Positions 18,034-27,052 of a DNA stretch of 63,946 nt are shown here, piece after piece; the first letter of the stretch is position 1, and the number at the start of each line of letters is the position of its first letter. Under the pieces are notes generated by a model. That model was given only the letters and a program-made list of their open reading frames with translations. It made no database searches and was not told the origin of the DNA. The stretch spans positions 1-63,946 of IMG/VR virus record IMGVR_UViG_3300036851_000534. One strand, written 5' to 3'. This DNA comes from a virus (Duplodnaviria > Caudoviricetes). The position numbers and the translations under genes are program-made.

Positions 18034-19122
18034 ATGCCTACAAACACGAGCCGAACCGTTCCGATCGGCCATGACGTTGGCCCCACGGAATACCGCCACG
18101 CGCTCCTGCGTTACGGGGATCGCCCCTCGGAATCGTGGGCGCCGGCAACGGGGAATGAACACGCGACGCTCGCGACGGCGGGCGCGTTCACGACAACCCG
18201 AACGTGGCTGCCGGCGCTGCCGAACTACAGCGCCGTTGGGGTCGAGATCATCGTCAACGTGACGACCGCGCCGGGTGGGGGTCAGACCCTCGCCGCCTAT
18301 CTCGATCATTACTCCCTCCAGACGGCCACCTATGTCGAGGCGGAGAGTTTGGGGACGATTGCGGGCACCGGCGCGGCATTCTTCCGCAACCGGGAGCCGC
18401 TCCCGCAGCTCTGGCAACTGCGCCTCGTCCCCTCCGGCGCCGGCACCTGGAACGCCGGCGCCGGCTACAACTATTGCCAGAGCCGCGCGCAGTCGGCCCT
18501 TCCAGCGGGGACGAACAACATTGGCGATGTCGATGTCCTGACCCTGCCGGCCCTGGCGGCCGGGACCAACAACATCGGCGATGTCGATGTCCTGACCTTG
18601 CCCGGGGTGGCGGGCGATGTGGCGCACAGCGTGGCCGACAGTGGCAATCCGCTCAAGCTCGGCGCGAAAGCGATCGCCTTCGGCGCGAACCCGACCGAAG
18701 TGGACGCGGACGAGCGCACCAATCTCTACGCCCAGCGGAACGGCGTTCCCTGGGTGATCGGCGGCCATCCCAACGTCCAGAGTTTCCGCGCCACCTACAC
18801 CAGCGCCCAGACGGACGCGGCCATCATTACCGTCGGCGCCGGGGTCAAGATCGTCGTGACCCGGGTCCTCGTGACCTTGCACAAGGCGACGACGGTCAAC
18901 GTTGCGGTGATCATCGGCTTCGGGGCGACGATCACGCCGACCGGCGCCGGCGTGGTCGCCAGCCATCCGGGCATTGAGGCCGGCAGCGGCTTCGCCACCG
19001 GCGACGGCTCCGGCATCCTCGGGGTCGGCGCCGCTAACGAGGATCTGCGGATCACGAGCGGGGTGCCGACGACCGGGGCCCTCGACGTGAATATCTCCTA
19101 CTACACGATCGCAGAGGCGTAA
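18034..19122 (+). CDS. Putative structural protein with a tandem AGTNNIGDVDVLTLP repeat
   Basis: 54-bp tandem duplication at about 18505-18603. Confidence 0.55.
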   Translation: MPTNTSRTVPIGHDVGPTEYRHALLRYGDRPSESWAPATGNEHATLATAGAFTTTRTWLPALPNYSAVGVEIIVNVTTAPGGGQTLAAYLDHYSLQTATYVEAESLGTIAGTGAAFFRNREPLPQLWQLRLVPSGAGTWNAGAGYNYCQSRAQSALPAGTNNIGDVDVLTLPALAAGTNNIGDVDVLTLPGVAGDVAHSVADSGNPLKLGAKAIAFGANPTEVDADERTNLYAQRNGVPWVIGGHPNVQSFRATYTSAQTDAAIITVGAGVKIVVTRVLVTLHKATTVNVAVIIGFGATITPTGAGVVASHPGIEAGSGFATGDGSGILGVGAANEDLRITSGVPTTGALDVNISYYTIAEA

Positions 19123-19140
19123 GGCAAAGCGAGGTAAGCC

Positions 19141-19626
19141 ATGGCCGGTGGCCCGATCTTTCCTCACAGCGCAGTCCCAGTTACCTCCGGCAACGTGTTC
19201 CCCAACATCCACGTCGGCGCGGGCGCCAACTCGAAACACGATCAGGGGCTCGGGGTCGCGGCGTCAATCGCGGCGGACTCCATCTGGGATCTACGCTTCT
19301 GGATGCCGCCGACCCTGCCGACCGGCACGGGGAAGCTGAAGCTTTGGGCACTGGCGAACGCCACCTCCGGCAACGCCAAGGTAAACCCAAAGTGGGTCTC
19401 GGTGGCTGCCGAAGAGGATCCGAGCGCCGCGACGCCGGTCGCCGAGACGGTGCAGACCGTTACCTGGGGGGCGGGGGACAACGACCAGTATAAGGAACTG
19501 AAGGTTACGCTCGACGCCGATACCCTGGTCGGCGGGGAGATGGTGGTGATGCGGCTCGTCTTCGAGACGGCCTCATGGACACTAGCCCAGGTAAGTACGT
19601 GGTCGGCCGCGGTGATTTGGGAGTAG
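19141..19626 (+). CDS. Putative structural protein
   Basis: GAGGT SD, operon position. Confidence 0.5.
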   Translation: MAGGPIFPHSAVPVTSGNVFPNIHVGAGANSKHDQGLGVAASIAADSIWDLRFWMPPTLPTGTGKLKLWALANATSGNAKVNPKWVSVAAEEDPSAATPVAETVQTVTWGAGDNDQYKELKVTLDADTLVGGEMVVMRLVFETASWTLAQVSTWSAAVIWE

Positions 19627-19662
19627 GGCGGAACACGGTTCTGTGGGAAGAGGAGCAAGAAG

Positions 19663-19920
19663 GTGGCACTGCTGGATAGCGCGGCGCGGGCGGATGCCAC
19701 GCGAAAGTTCGTGGAGGCATTCTTCGTGGGACTCGCGCGGGTCGCGGATTTGGATAGTGACGAGGTGCGGACCCTGGTGAACGATCTGGATGCGTGGCTT
19801 GACGCGAACCAGACGGCGGCGAACAATGCGATTACGACAAGTGTGCGGAACAAGGCCAGCACCACCACGAAGTTCGCGGCGCTGGCTTACGTCGCCCTTA
19901 AAAGAGGGAACGTCATTTAG
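19663..19920 (+). CDS. Hypothetical protein with a recoded C-terminus
   Basis: GAGGAG SD; ends ALKRGNVI, with the orphan copy ALKRGGVI at 20580-20606. Confidence 0.6.
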   Translation: MALLDSAARADATRKFVEAFFVGLARVADLDSDEVRTLVNDLDAWLDANQTAANNAITTSVRNKASTTTKFAALAYVALKRGNVI

Positions 19921-20560
19921 CGACAGGGGTGCTGAACGCCTTGTCGATTGACCACCCGGCTTTGAGGCGATGCGCCAGGGTTCGTCGGTCGATGCCGAGG
20001 AGTTTCCCCCAGTCATTGAGGAGACGAGTTTCCCCGCGCCATTCAAGCGGGCGACTGCTGCGGCGATTCTCATTCTGTTCAATCCGGGATGCCCAGCGGC
20101 AGTTTCCCGGTTCATAGTTGCCGTTGTTGTCGATGCGCTCGATCGTATAATCTGGCCCCGGTTTCTTGCCCACGTCAGCAAGAAATGCCGAGAAGTCCAT
20201 CCAGCGTTCGCAGATCGTAATGCCGCGTCCGCCATAGTCGGCATAGCGAGGGTGAGCCGGGTTTAGGCACCGGCGCTTCATGTGCTGCCAGGAGTTGTAT
20301 TCAGGCGTTGGCTTTTGCCTCCGGGTGTTCCCGTGGGAGGTGAACTGCGCGCGGCATCGTTGCACAGAGAGTTCGCGGTTGAGACATCCGCAGGAGCGTG
20401 ATGCTCCACCCCGGAGGATATCGCCGCGAACGACCACGGTGCCGCCGCAATCGCAGTGGCAAAGCCAGAAGCCGCCTCTGCCACGAACTACGTGGGAGAG
20501 AGACATGACGGTGAGGCGCCCGAAACAGAGGCCAGACATGTTGATGATGGGTCTGCTCAT
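19913..20560 (-). CDS. HNH-type homing endonuclease
   Basis: FGRLTV..WLCHCDCG..SCGC; W..MK.RC; YGGRGITIC.RW; IERIDNNGNYEPGNCRWA; own TGcTATAAT promoter. Confidence 0.85.
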   Translation of the reverse strand: MSRPIINMSGLCFGRLTVMSLSHVVRGRGGFWLCHCDCGGTVVVRGDILRGGASRSCGCLNRELSVQRCRAQFTSHGNTRRQKPTPEYNSWQHMKRRCLNPAHPRYADYGGRGITICERWMDFSAFLADVGKKPGPDYTIERIDNNGNYEPGNCRWASRIEQNENRRSSRPLEWRGETRLLNDWGKLLGIDRRTLAHRLKAGWSIDKAFSTPVAK

Positions 20561-20579
20561 ACCTTATTATAGCACAAGG

Positions 20580-20606
20580 GCGCTCAAGCGCGGCGGAGTG
20601 ATCTAG
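20580..20606 (+). pseudogene. Orphaned original 3' end of gene 19663
   Basis: GCG CTC AAG CGC GGC GGA GTG ATC TAG, still TAGTG-coupled to the next gene. Confidence 0.7.
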
Positions 20607-21361
20607 TGGCGCGGAACTTCGATGCCGTCAACGATAAGGTGGCGCTTTCGACGCCGACATCGAGCAACTTTATCACCGCCTCCGCCGGTACGCTGGCGCT
20701 CTGGTTGCGGGCGACGAGCGCCGGCGCCGCCGCCGGGAACGTTTACACGGGCTCTGTAGCAATCGCAGATGCGGGCGCGTTTTTTGGCATCTTTCAGGCT
20801 GTTGTTGGCGGTCTTGATCGGATCTGGGCCTACAACTATGACGGCAGTGAAGATACAGCCGGGGCGACGTATACCGTCGGGACCTGGCATCATATCGTCT
20901 GGCGGCACAGCGGTGGCACCCTCTACCTTTACAAGGATGGCGCCGAAGCAGCCACCGCGACCAGCGGCAACACGACGGATCTCACCAATGCCATGTCGAT
21001 CGGCGGCGGGGGTTTTGCAGGATCGGAGAGCTGGGGCGGGGATCTGGCGGAAGTCGCGGCGTGGAACGTGGCGCTGACGGTCAGTGAAATCGCGGCGCTG
21101 GCGCGCGGGGTCTCGCCGCTCTCGCTCCGTTATGGCGCGGCCGGCTCGCTTACCGCCTACCTGCCGCTCTGGGGCATCCACTCGCCCGAGCCGGATTTCT
21201 CCCACAACCGGCGCACCGGAACTCTGACGGATACCACGCGCGCCAATCACCCGCCGGTCAGCCCGTTCTGGCTGCCGCCGCTGGTCACGCAGACGCAGGA
21301 CATTGCGGCGGCCGCGGCGGCATCAAGCGCGCGCCGCCTGGCGCTCCTGGGCGTCGGATAG
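20606..21361 (+). CDS. LamG/ConA-like domain protein
   Basis: TLALW...WHHIV...LYLYKDG...IG...GDLAEVAAWNVALT.SEI. Confidence 0.8.
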   Translation: MARNFDAVNDKVALSTPTSSNFITASAGTLALWLRATSAGAAAGNVYTGSVAIADAGAFFGIFQAVVGGLDRIWAYNYDGSEDTAGATYTVGTWHHIVWRHSGGTLYLYKDGAEAATATSGNTTDLTNAMSIGGGGFAGSESWGGDLAEVAAWNVALTVSEIAALARGVSPLSLRYGAAGSLTAYLPLWGIHSPEPDFSHNRRTGTLTDTTRANHPPVSPFWLPPLVTQTQDIAAAAAASSARRLALLGVG

Positions 21362-21364
21362 GAG

Positions 21365-21658
21365 TTGAAGCCGATGGAAGTCTCCACAAACGGCGCGTTG
21401 GCGCCGGTCGAAAGCTTGCCGGAGCCGGACCTCTCTTACTACCTGAGCCTGCGGGCGCAGTATCACGCGGCGCAGGTCAGCTTCCATACCTGGCAGCAGG
21501 CGCTCCAGGTCATGACGGTAGACATCATGCAGCGGTATGGCCTCCGGCCGGAGGATGGGATCGACCCGCGCGGCCGGTTCATCCGCGCGCCCCGGGAAGA
21601 GGCAACCGCGGAAGGGGAGATCACGGACCTCCGCTTCCCGGTGGAGCGGCAGCCATGA
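21365..21658 (+). CDS. Hypothetical protein
   Basis: 97 aa, ATGA-coupled to the next gene. Confidence 0.5.
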   Translation: MKPMEVSTNGALAPVESLPEPDLSYYLSLRAQYHAAQVSFHTWQQALQVMTVDIMQRYGLRPEDGIDPRGRFIRAPREEATAEGEITDLRFPVERQP

Positions 21659-21876
21659 AGACCAGTTATGCCGTCGGCGATCGCTGCCGGGTAGCCGGCG
21701 CCGAGGGGACGATCAAGGCGGTCGTGCCCGAACGGAATGGCTACCGCGTCCAGATGGACGACGGCCGGAGCGTCTCGGTGGATGAGAAGCACCTCCAGGG
21801 GCCGGCGCCGGCCCGGCCGACGCATAAGATGGTCGAGGGACCGCGGCGGCGCGGACGCGCGGGCGACGAGGGTTAG
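21655..21876 (+). CDS. Small SH3/KOW-like protein
   Basis: VGDRCRV..GTI..V...YRVQMDDG. Confidence 0.5.
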   Translation: MKTSYAVGDRCRVAGAEGTIKAVVPERNGYRVQMDDGRSVSVDEKHLQGPAPARPTHKMVEGPRRRGRAGDEG

Positions 21877-22368
21877 ATGCCGATCCCGAACGGGGCCGAG
21901 ATCTTCTACGCGGGCGTGCCCGTTAACGGCGTCTCCGAGGTGCAGCGTCTTACCATCACCGGCACGCCCACCGGGGGCACCTTCACCCTGACGTGGTCCG
22001 GCCAGACGACGGCGGCGATTGCCTACAACGCGACGGCCGCCGTCGTCCAGGCAGCCCTCGAAGCCCTCTCCAACATCGATGTTGGAGAGGTCGCCTGTTC
22101 CGGCGGGCCCCTGCCCGGCACCGCCGTTGACATTACCTTTCAAAACGGGCTCGGCGGCAAGAACCAGCCGGCCGCGACGACGACAGACAGCCTGACCGGC
22201 GGCTCGAGCCCGGCGAGCGCGATTACCACGCCGACGCCGGGCGTTCAGGGCACCTACCGCGGCGCGGCCTTTGGCGCGATCCTCCTTGACACGGTGAATG
22301 GCGTCATCTACGAGCAGACCAACACAAGTCCTGCGACGCCGACGTGGAGCGCGGTGGAGATCGACTGA
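21877..22368 (+). CDS. Putative structural protein
   Basis: EVQ.L.I.G.PTGGTFTL..G.TT.AIAYNA..VQ.ALEAL motif. Confidence 0.6.
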   Translation: MPIPNGAEIFYAGVPVNGVSEVQRLTITGTPTGGTFTLTWSGQTTAAIAYNATAAVVQAALEALSNIDVGEVACSGGPLPGTAVDITFQNGLGGKNQPAATTTDSLTGGSSPASAITTPTPGVQGTYRGAAFGAILLDTVNGVIYEQTNTSPATPTWSAVEID

Positions 22369-22442
22369 TGGGCGCTGATCTCGCCCTGATTGCGGCGCTC
22401 ATCTTTCTCCTGGGCGCGGCGGCCGGCTGGCTGGGAGCCTAG
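22368..22442 (+). CDS. 24-aa single-TM peptide
   Basis: MGADLALIAALIFLLGAAAGWLGA; TGATG coupling. Confidence 0.45.
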   Translation: MGADLALIAALIFLLGAAAGWLGA

Positions 22443-22466
22443 TTGTCCCGGCCCAGCCGCTAACCG

Positions 22467-22556
22467 ATGGACCCGCTGGCGCTGACGGCCCTACTCGCGG
22501 CGTCTTTCGTTCTGGGGCTGCTGATAGGATACGCTATCGGCCGGCAGAACCGCTGA
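22467..22556 (+). CDS. 29-aa single-TM peptide
   Basis: MDPLALTALLAASFVLGLLIGYAIGRQNR. Confidence 0.45.
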   Translation: MDPLALTALLAASFVLGLLIGYAIGRQNR

Positions 22557-22656
22557 GGGAGCGAGATCGTGATCGCTGGAGGAAAAACCGAGGCGCCCTC
22601 TGGAGGTAATGACCGGGGTCCTCATCGGCATCTTCGCGATCGGGCTGCCCTTGTTC

Positions 22657-22888
22657 TACTTCTCCGCCAGTCGGCGCAACTCGTTTGCCTCCGAACTCTC
22701 GGCCGGCAAGTCAAGGGCTTTGGCATATCGGGAGAGCATGGCGAAATTCGATGGGGGAACGGCGGCGCCGCGCTCGTCGCGCTATGTACGCCCGGATCGA
22801 CCTGCGCCGCTTCGCAGAAGGCCCGCATGGTGATCCGCTTCTCCATCCGCAGCCGGTAGACGAACTGTCCGAATGTTTCTTGTTCCAT
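22657..22888 (-). pseudogene. Frameshifted XRE-family HTH regulator
   Basis: MEQETFGQFVYRLRMEKRITMRAFCEAAQVDPGVHS, then the -1 frame RDERGAAVPPSNFAMLSRYAKALDL...RRLAEK*. Confidence 0.7.
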
Positions 22889-22931
22889 ATAACTAGATTC
22901 GTCGGCAGCCCGCTCGCTTCCTTCTATCCCC

Positions 22932-23624
22932 ATGGCACACTCCGCCTATCCTACCGCGGCGCAAATCGAGAGCTTCATTCGCGCGCTGGGCATCCTCGAG
23001 GATGACGACGTAACGGCGCTGCTGGAAAACCTCGACCTCTCAAGCATCGCCGACGCGGCCAAAGCGGCATGGGAAGCCGATACCGGCTGGAAGCCCTTTC
23101 TGCGGGACGCGACCCCAGTCAGCCGGCGGTTCGACGCGCCCGGCCCGAACCGGGGCCGGATGACGCGCGGCGGCGCGCAGCGGCTCGAGCTGGACGCCGG
23201 CCTGCTCCAGATCACGGCCTTTGTGACGGGCTACTCCGCCTCCCTCGTCGAGCCGGATGCGGGGGATGCGCTCGTGGTTGAAGATGACTACTGGCTCTGG
23301 CCGCCGAATGCCGCGCTCGAGGACCGGCCCTATACCGCGATCGAGTTCGCCGGCTACCAGTGGGGCATCCCGCAGAGCGTCCGGGTGACCGGCTATTGGG
23401 GTTACTCGGCGAACATCCCTCATGATGCCTGGGAGGCGATCCTGCGCCAGGCCGGGCTCCTGGCCTACTCCGAGCTTACACTTCAGGTAACGGGCGCCAT
23501 GGCAGGCTGGAGCGAGGCGGACGTGAAGGAGCAATATGATCTCTCCCCGCTGGAGCTGCATCGGAAGGCATGGGAGATGCAATGGGACCGAGCGGTGAAC
23601 CGCTATCGCCGGCCCTACTTGTAG
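22932..23624 (+). CDS. Head-to-tail adaptor
   Basis: YPT...RRFDA...V.VTG.WGY...P pattern; position. Confidence 0.65.
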   Translation: MAHSAYPTAAQIESFIRALGILEDDDVTALLENLDLSSIADAAKAAWEADTGWKPFLRDATPVSRRFDAPGPNRGRMTRGGAQRLELDAGLLQITAFVTGYSASLVEPDAGDALVVEDDYWLWPPNAALEDRPYTAIEFAGYQWGIPQSVRVTGYWGYSANIPHDAWEAILRQAGLLAYSELTLQVTGAMAGWSEADVKEQYDLSPLELHRKAWEMQWDRAVNRYRRPYL

Positions 23625-23748
23625 TGGCGCCTCTGCGAGCGAGCGAGGATCTCCGTCCGCCCGCGCTGCCGATCGCGCCGCCGCAGCCTCGGAAACTGAA
23701 CGCAGGAAGAGAACGCTAACAGGGCGAACGGTTCCGCGTAACCACTGT
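23621..23748 (+). ncRNA. Predicted pseudoknotted non-coding RNA
   Basis: Four nested helices plus a 9/10-bp crossing helix, followed by a terminator. Confidence 0.45.
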
Positions 23749-23763
23749 ATCCCTCTGAACAGC

Positions 23764-23800
23764 CGGCCGGTCCTCCTACTCCTGGGGCCGGCCGTTTTTT
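23764..23800 (+). terminator. Intrinsic terminator
   Basis: CGGCCGG...GCCGGCCG-TTTTTT. Confidence 0.65.
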
Positions 23801-23809
23801 CATGCTCCC

Positions 23810-24265
23810 ATGGCACTAACCTTTCTGACGCCGCGACAGCGCCGCCTGTACACCGATCGCTGCGTATTGTACGAGCCGGTCTTGACGAAGGATCCGACGA
23901 CCGGGCGGCTGACGCAGAAGGTGTTTCATCGCCGCGCGAGCGCCGTCCCGTGCTATTTCCAGATCAGCGCCCACAGCACGGAAGCGCCGAGCTTCCTCGG
24001 CGCGATCGAGGGGGACAACCTGTTCTCGAGGGATCAGATCCATCTCGACGGCGCGCAGGTCGTCGATTCCGGCTGGATCCTCAAGAACGTAACGCGCGAG
24101 CCGAACGGGGCGCCCTCGAAGAACTTTGGCCGCTACTGGGTGGTGAGCGGACAGCCCAAGAGCGTTAGCAACCGGGGCCGGCGGCGGGCGTACAAGCGTC
24201 AGGTGGAAGCGATCCAGTTTCAACGGCCGCCAGAAGGGGTCGATCCGAACGGATTGGATGAATGA
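23810..24265 (+). CDS. Head-closure/joining protein
   Basis: Position and size; VPCY motif. Confidence 0.5.
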   Translation: MALTFLTPRQRRLYTDRCVLYEPVLTKDPTTGRLTQKVFHRRASAVPCYFQISAHSTEAPSFLGAIEGDNLFSRDQIHLDGAQVVDSGWILKNVTREPNGAPSKNFGRYWVVSGQPKSVSNRGRRRAYKRQVEAIQFQRPPEGVDPNGLDE

Positions 24266-24279
24266 GCGAGGAACGACGA

Positions 24280-24423
24280 ATGAACGTGCAGTTCAACTGG
24301 GGCCTGGGCGCGGTACTCGCGCTCGTGGCTCTCATTCTGATCATTGTCTTTGCCGCGATGGGCAAGCTGGCGCTCATTCTGGCGGCGATCCTGGCGCTGC
24401 TCGCGATTTCGCGGCTTTGCTGA
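24280..24423 (+). CDS. 47-aa two-TM membrane protein
   Basis: MNVQFNWGLGAVLALVALILIIVFAAMGKLALILAAILALLAISRLC; GAGG SD. Confidence 0.55.
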   Translation: MNVQFNWGLGAVLALVALILIIVFAAMGKLALILAAILALLAISRLC

Positions 24424-24424
24424 C

Positions 24425-24901
24425 ATGGCCTACGATTGGCTCGCGTTCCGCGCCGACGCCATGACGGCCCTGCGCGTCGGGATGCCGACGGCCGTTCCGG
24501 GGGGTCTGTACACAAGCCAGGCTTTAGCACGCACGAGCTGGGAAGTGCCGACCGCCTACCCCTACCTGGTGCTGCATCAGGGAGTGGCCCCCGCCGGTGA
24601 CTGGGGGATCACCAACGACGCCTTTGAACCCGTCGTGGATGTTTATCTGATCGTCGCCGAGACCGTCGCCCAGGAACAGGACCCCGACTCGGCTGAGAAC
24701 CAGATCCACGAGGGGCTAGAGGCGATCAAGAACGCGATGCGGGCCGCGACCTTCACGAACTCGCAGGCGAGCCTTCTGGAGGTCTCCGAGATCGACTGGG
24801 GGCCCTTGTTGGACGTGAATGCCATCCTCCTCGGCAAAAACGTGCCGGTGCTCGGCGGCCGGATCTCCTTCCGCTTCACCCTCGGCGAAACGGCTTCCTG
24901 A
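24425..24901 (+). CDS. Putative tail terminator
   Basis: Acidic; YPYLV; position. Confidence 0.5.
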   Translation: MAYDWLAFRADAMTALRVGMPTAVPGGLYTSQALARTSWEVPTAYPYLVLHQGVAPAGDWGITNDAFEPVVDVYLIVAETVAQEQDPDSAENQIHEGLEAIKNAMRAATFTNSQASLLEVSEIDWGPLLDVNAILLGKNVPVLGGRISFRFTLGETAS

Positions 24902-25347
24902 TGCCCTCCGGTTCCCCCCAGCAGATCGCGCTCCTGCTACGGCGCAAGGCGCTCCAGTTCGAGCAGGCGGTGCGGCAGGCGGAGAAAGAGGCGGCGGCCG
25001 AGGCGCTCCGGATCGCGCGCGAACTTTCCTCGGGCCCCTACTCCTCGGCGGCGCTCCGGCGGATGGGCCACCCCTACGCCAGGCGGAGGCCGCGCCCTCC
25101 CGGGGATGTGGCGATTGTGAACGTCCAGACCGGGCGCTTCCTGGCGGCGTGGCGGGTGAGCGGCCCCCGAAAGACGGGCAGCGGGCTCTCGACGCGGCTG
25201 GTAAACAACAGCCCACAGGCGCGGCTCCTCCTCGGCGGGACAAAGGTTATGATTGCCCGCCCGATCATCAAGCGGATTGGAGAGCGGGTGGCGGCGAAGC
25301 GCCGGCGGCTGCACCAGCAGGCGATGCGGCGAGCGCTGAAAGGATAG
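24901..25347 (+). CDS. HK97 gp10-like neck/tail-completion protein
   Basis: Basic; VQTGRF..AW...N.SP.A..L..GT..M.ARP. Confidence 0.65.
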   Translation: MPSGSPQQIALLLRRKALQFEQAVRQAEKEAAAEALRIARELSSGPYSSAALRRMGHPYARRRPRPPGDVAIVNVQTGRFLAAWRVSGPRKTGSGLSTRLVNNSPQARLLLGGTKVMIARPIIKRIGERVAAKRRRLHQQAMRRALKG

Positions 25348-25351
25348 ACGC

Positions 25352-25846
25352 ATGGCAACAGTCGGCACGATTCCCCTTTGGATGCTCGGCAGCGGCACCG
25401 GCGCTGTGGTGCTGACGGTCCTCTCGCTCAATACCACGACCGGGGCGCTCGATGACGGCACGCCTGGCAACAACGACCTCGCGACTCTCACCGGGCTTTT
25501 GGATGGCCTGCAGATCATGCCCCGGAAGAACACACAGAATCTTTCCCCCCTCAATCGGACGAACGCCCATCACTACCCGATCACGATCGGCTATGACATC
25601 GTGCTCTCCGAGATCATGGGCTATGGACACCTGACCGTTTCGACCTCCTACACGAAGTGTTTTCTTGGCAACGCATGGTTTGCGGGCCGCTCGGCGTACG
25701 TGCGCGTAGTAGCAACCAGGCAAGGCCGGTCTTTTTCGATGTTAGGAATCATGACGGCCTACGAGGAGACCCTCGTCCGGGGGAAAAATGTCGCCCGCCT
25801 GACGGTGCAGATGATCGACAGCGGCACCGCGCCGACCCTGGCATAA
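25352..25846 (+). CDS. Tail tube-like protein A
   Basis: Position; paralogous to 25856-26359. Confidence 0.5.
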   Translation: MATVGTIPLWMLGSGTGAVVLTVLSLNTTTGALDDGTPGNNDLATLTGLLDGLQIMPRKNTQNLSPLNRTNAHHYPITIGYDIVLSEIMGYGHLTVSTSYTKCFLGNAWFAGRSAYVRVVATRQGRSFSMLGIMTAYEETLVRGKNVARLTVQMIDSGTAPTLA

Positions 25847-25855
25847 GGAACCCGC

Positions 25856-26359
25856 ATGGCTGCAACCCTTCGCCAACCCCTCCGCGGCCGGGATGTCTAC
25901 TCCTTGACGGCGCGCGGGCAAATCGCTGACGCGGCTGGGGCGATCACCAATTCCGGCTCATCACAAAACTTTCACGCCATTGTCGATTCCGTGGAATATC
26001 GAGGCCGCGCGATTACAGAGGACATCGCCCCGATCACCTCTCCGTACGAGAACAACGTCGTCGTGGAGAAGGACGATCAGGTGGTGCTGCGGGAGATCCT
26101 CCGCACCGGCACCGACAGCCAGCTTCTCGCCTTGACCTTCTTCCTCGCCAATACCGACTTCATCCTGTTCACTCTCCAGCGGGGCTATCCGGCGACGTTT
26201 GGGGCGGGCGGGCAGGTCGCCACGATTACCTTCTATGGGACCCAGGCGCAATATAGGGAGGTCTGGCAGAAGGGCAAAGTCGTCGGCGAGCTGACGATCG
26301 CCATGATAGACATCACCGACCAGAACAACCCGCTGTATGCGATGGCAGCCACCTCTTAA
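25856..26359 (+). CDS. Tail tube-like protein B
   Basis: Shares D.....R.....P and Y.E....GK....LT..MID with A. Confidence 0.5.
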   Translation: MAATLRQPLRGRDVYSLTARGQIADAAGAITNSGSSQNFHAIVDSVEYRGRAITEDIAPITSPYENNVVVEKDDQVVLREILRTGTDSQLLALTFFLANTDFILFTLQRGYPATFGAGGQVATITFYGTQAQYREVWQKGKVVGELTIAMIDITDQNNPLYAMAATS

Positions 26360-26363
26360 GTCT

Positions 26364-26792
26364 ATGCCAAAAGTCAACGTCTACGCATTGGAGCGGCCGG
26401 CACGCCGTGTCGAAACGCGCACCTTTGAGGAGAACGGGCAAAGCCTCACCCTGGCCTTCCACAAGCCGGACGCCGCCGACCTGGCGATGGCGGCCGAGCG
26501 GGCACAGAAGCTCATCGAGGATTGGATTACCGGCTCCGAGATTCGCGGGCCGGCGCCCTTCCCTTATCCCGAGGTCAAGCTCTCAAAGCTCCTCTGCAAC
26601 AACGTGGCGGTGGCGGTGGAGTGCCAGGAGGCCGAGGATCCGGCGGAGCGGTATGAGGCGATCGAGTTCCTCGTGATGTCGGCTCGGCTGCCGGAGACCT
26701 GGATGCAGGTACAACGACTGTTGCAGGAGTTGACCGCGAGCCCCCCGGTGGCCAGCCCGAACGGAGCATCGCCCGCAGTGCCTATGGGCTGA
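26364..26792 (+). CDS. Tail assembly chaperone
   Basis: Before the tape measure; an open -1 frame continues to 27052. Confidence 0.6.
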   Translation: MPKVNVYALERPARRVETRTFEENGQSLTLAFHKPDAADLAMAAERAQKLIEDWITGSEIRGPAPFPYPEVKLSKLLCNNVAVAVECQEAEDPAERYEAIEFLVMSARLPETWMQVQRLLQELTASPPVASPNGASPAVPMG

Positions 26793-26833
26793 TCGTTCGG
26801 GCTGCTCTAACCCTCACCGGGGAGCATCCTCTC

Positions 26834-27052
26834 GTGACCTTCCAGCGGGATGCCCTCCTGCGGTCCATCAACGATCGGCTGGGCGGGAGCGCCGGCCAGG
26901 AGATCCCGCCGCTCTCTCGGGAGTATCTCGGCGAGCTGCTGGAGTTCGCAGTGGCGAACCACGAAGACCTTGAGGCCGATTACGAAGAACGGGTTCAGGA
27001 GATCCGGCAGGAAGGGGATAGCGATCTCTGGGAGCGGTTGAGTAGTGGCTGA
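26834..27052 (+). CDS. Tail assembly chaperone frameshift extension (gpGT-like)
   Basis: -1 frame open from inside the upstream gene. Confidence 0.5.
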   Translation: MTFQRDALLRSINDRLGGSAGQEIPPLSREYLGELLEFAVANHEDLEADYEERVQEIRQEGDSDLWERLSSG

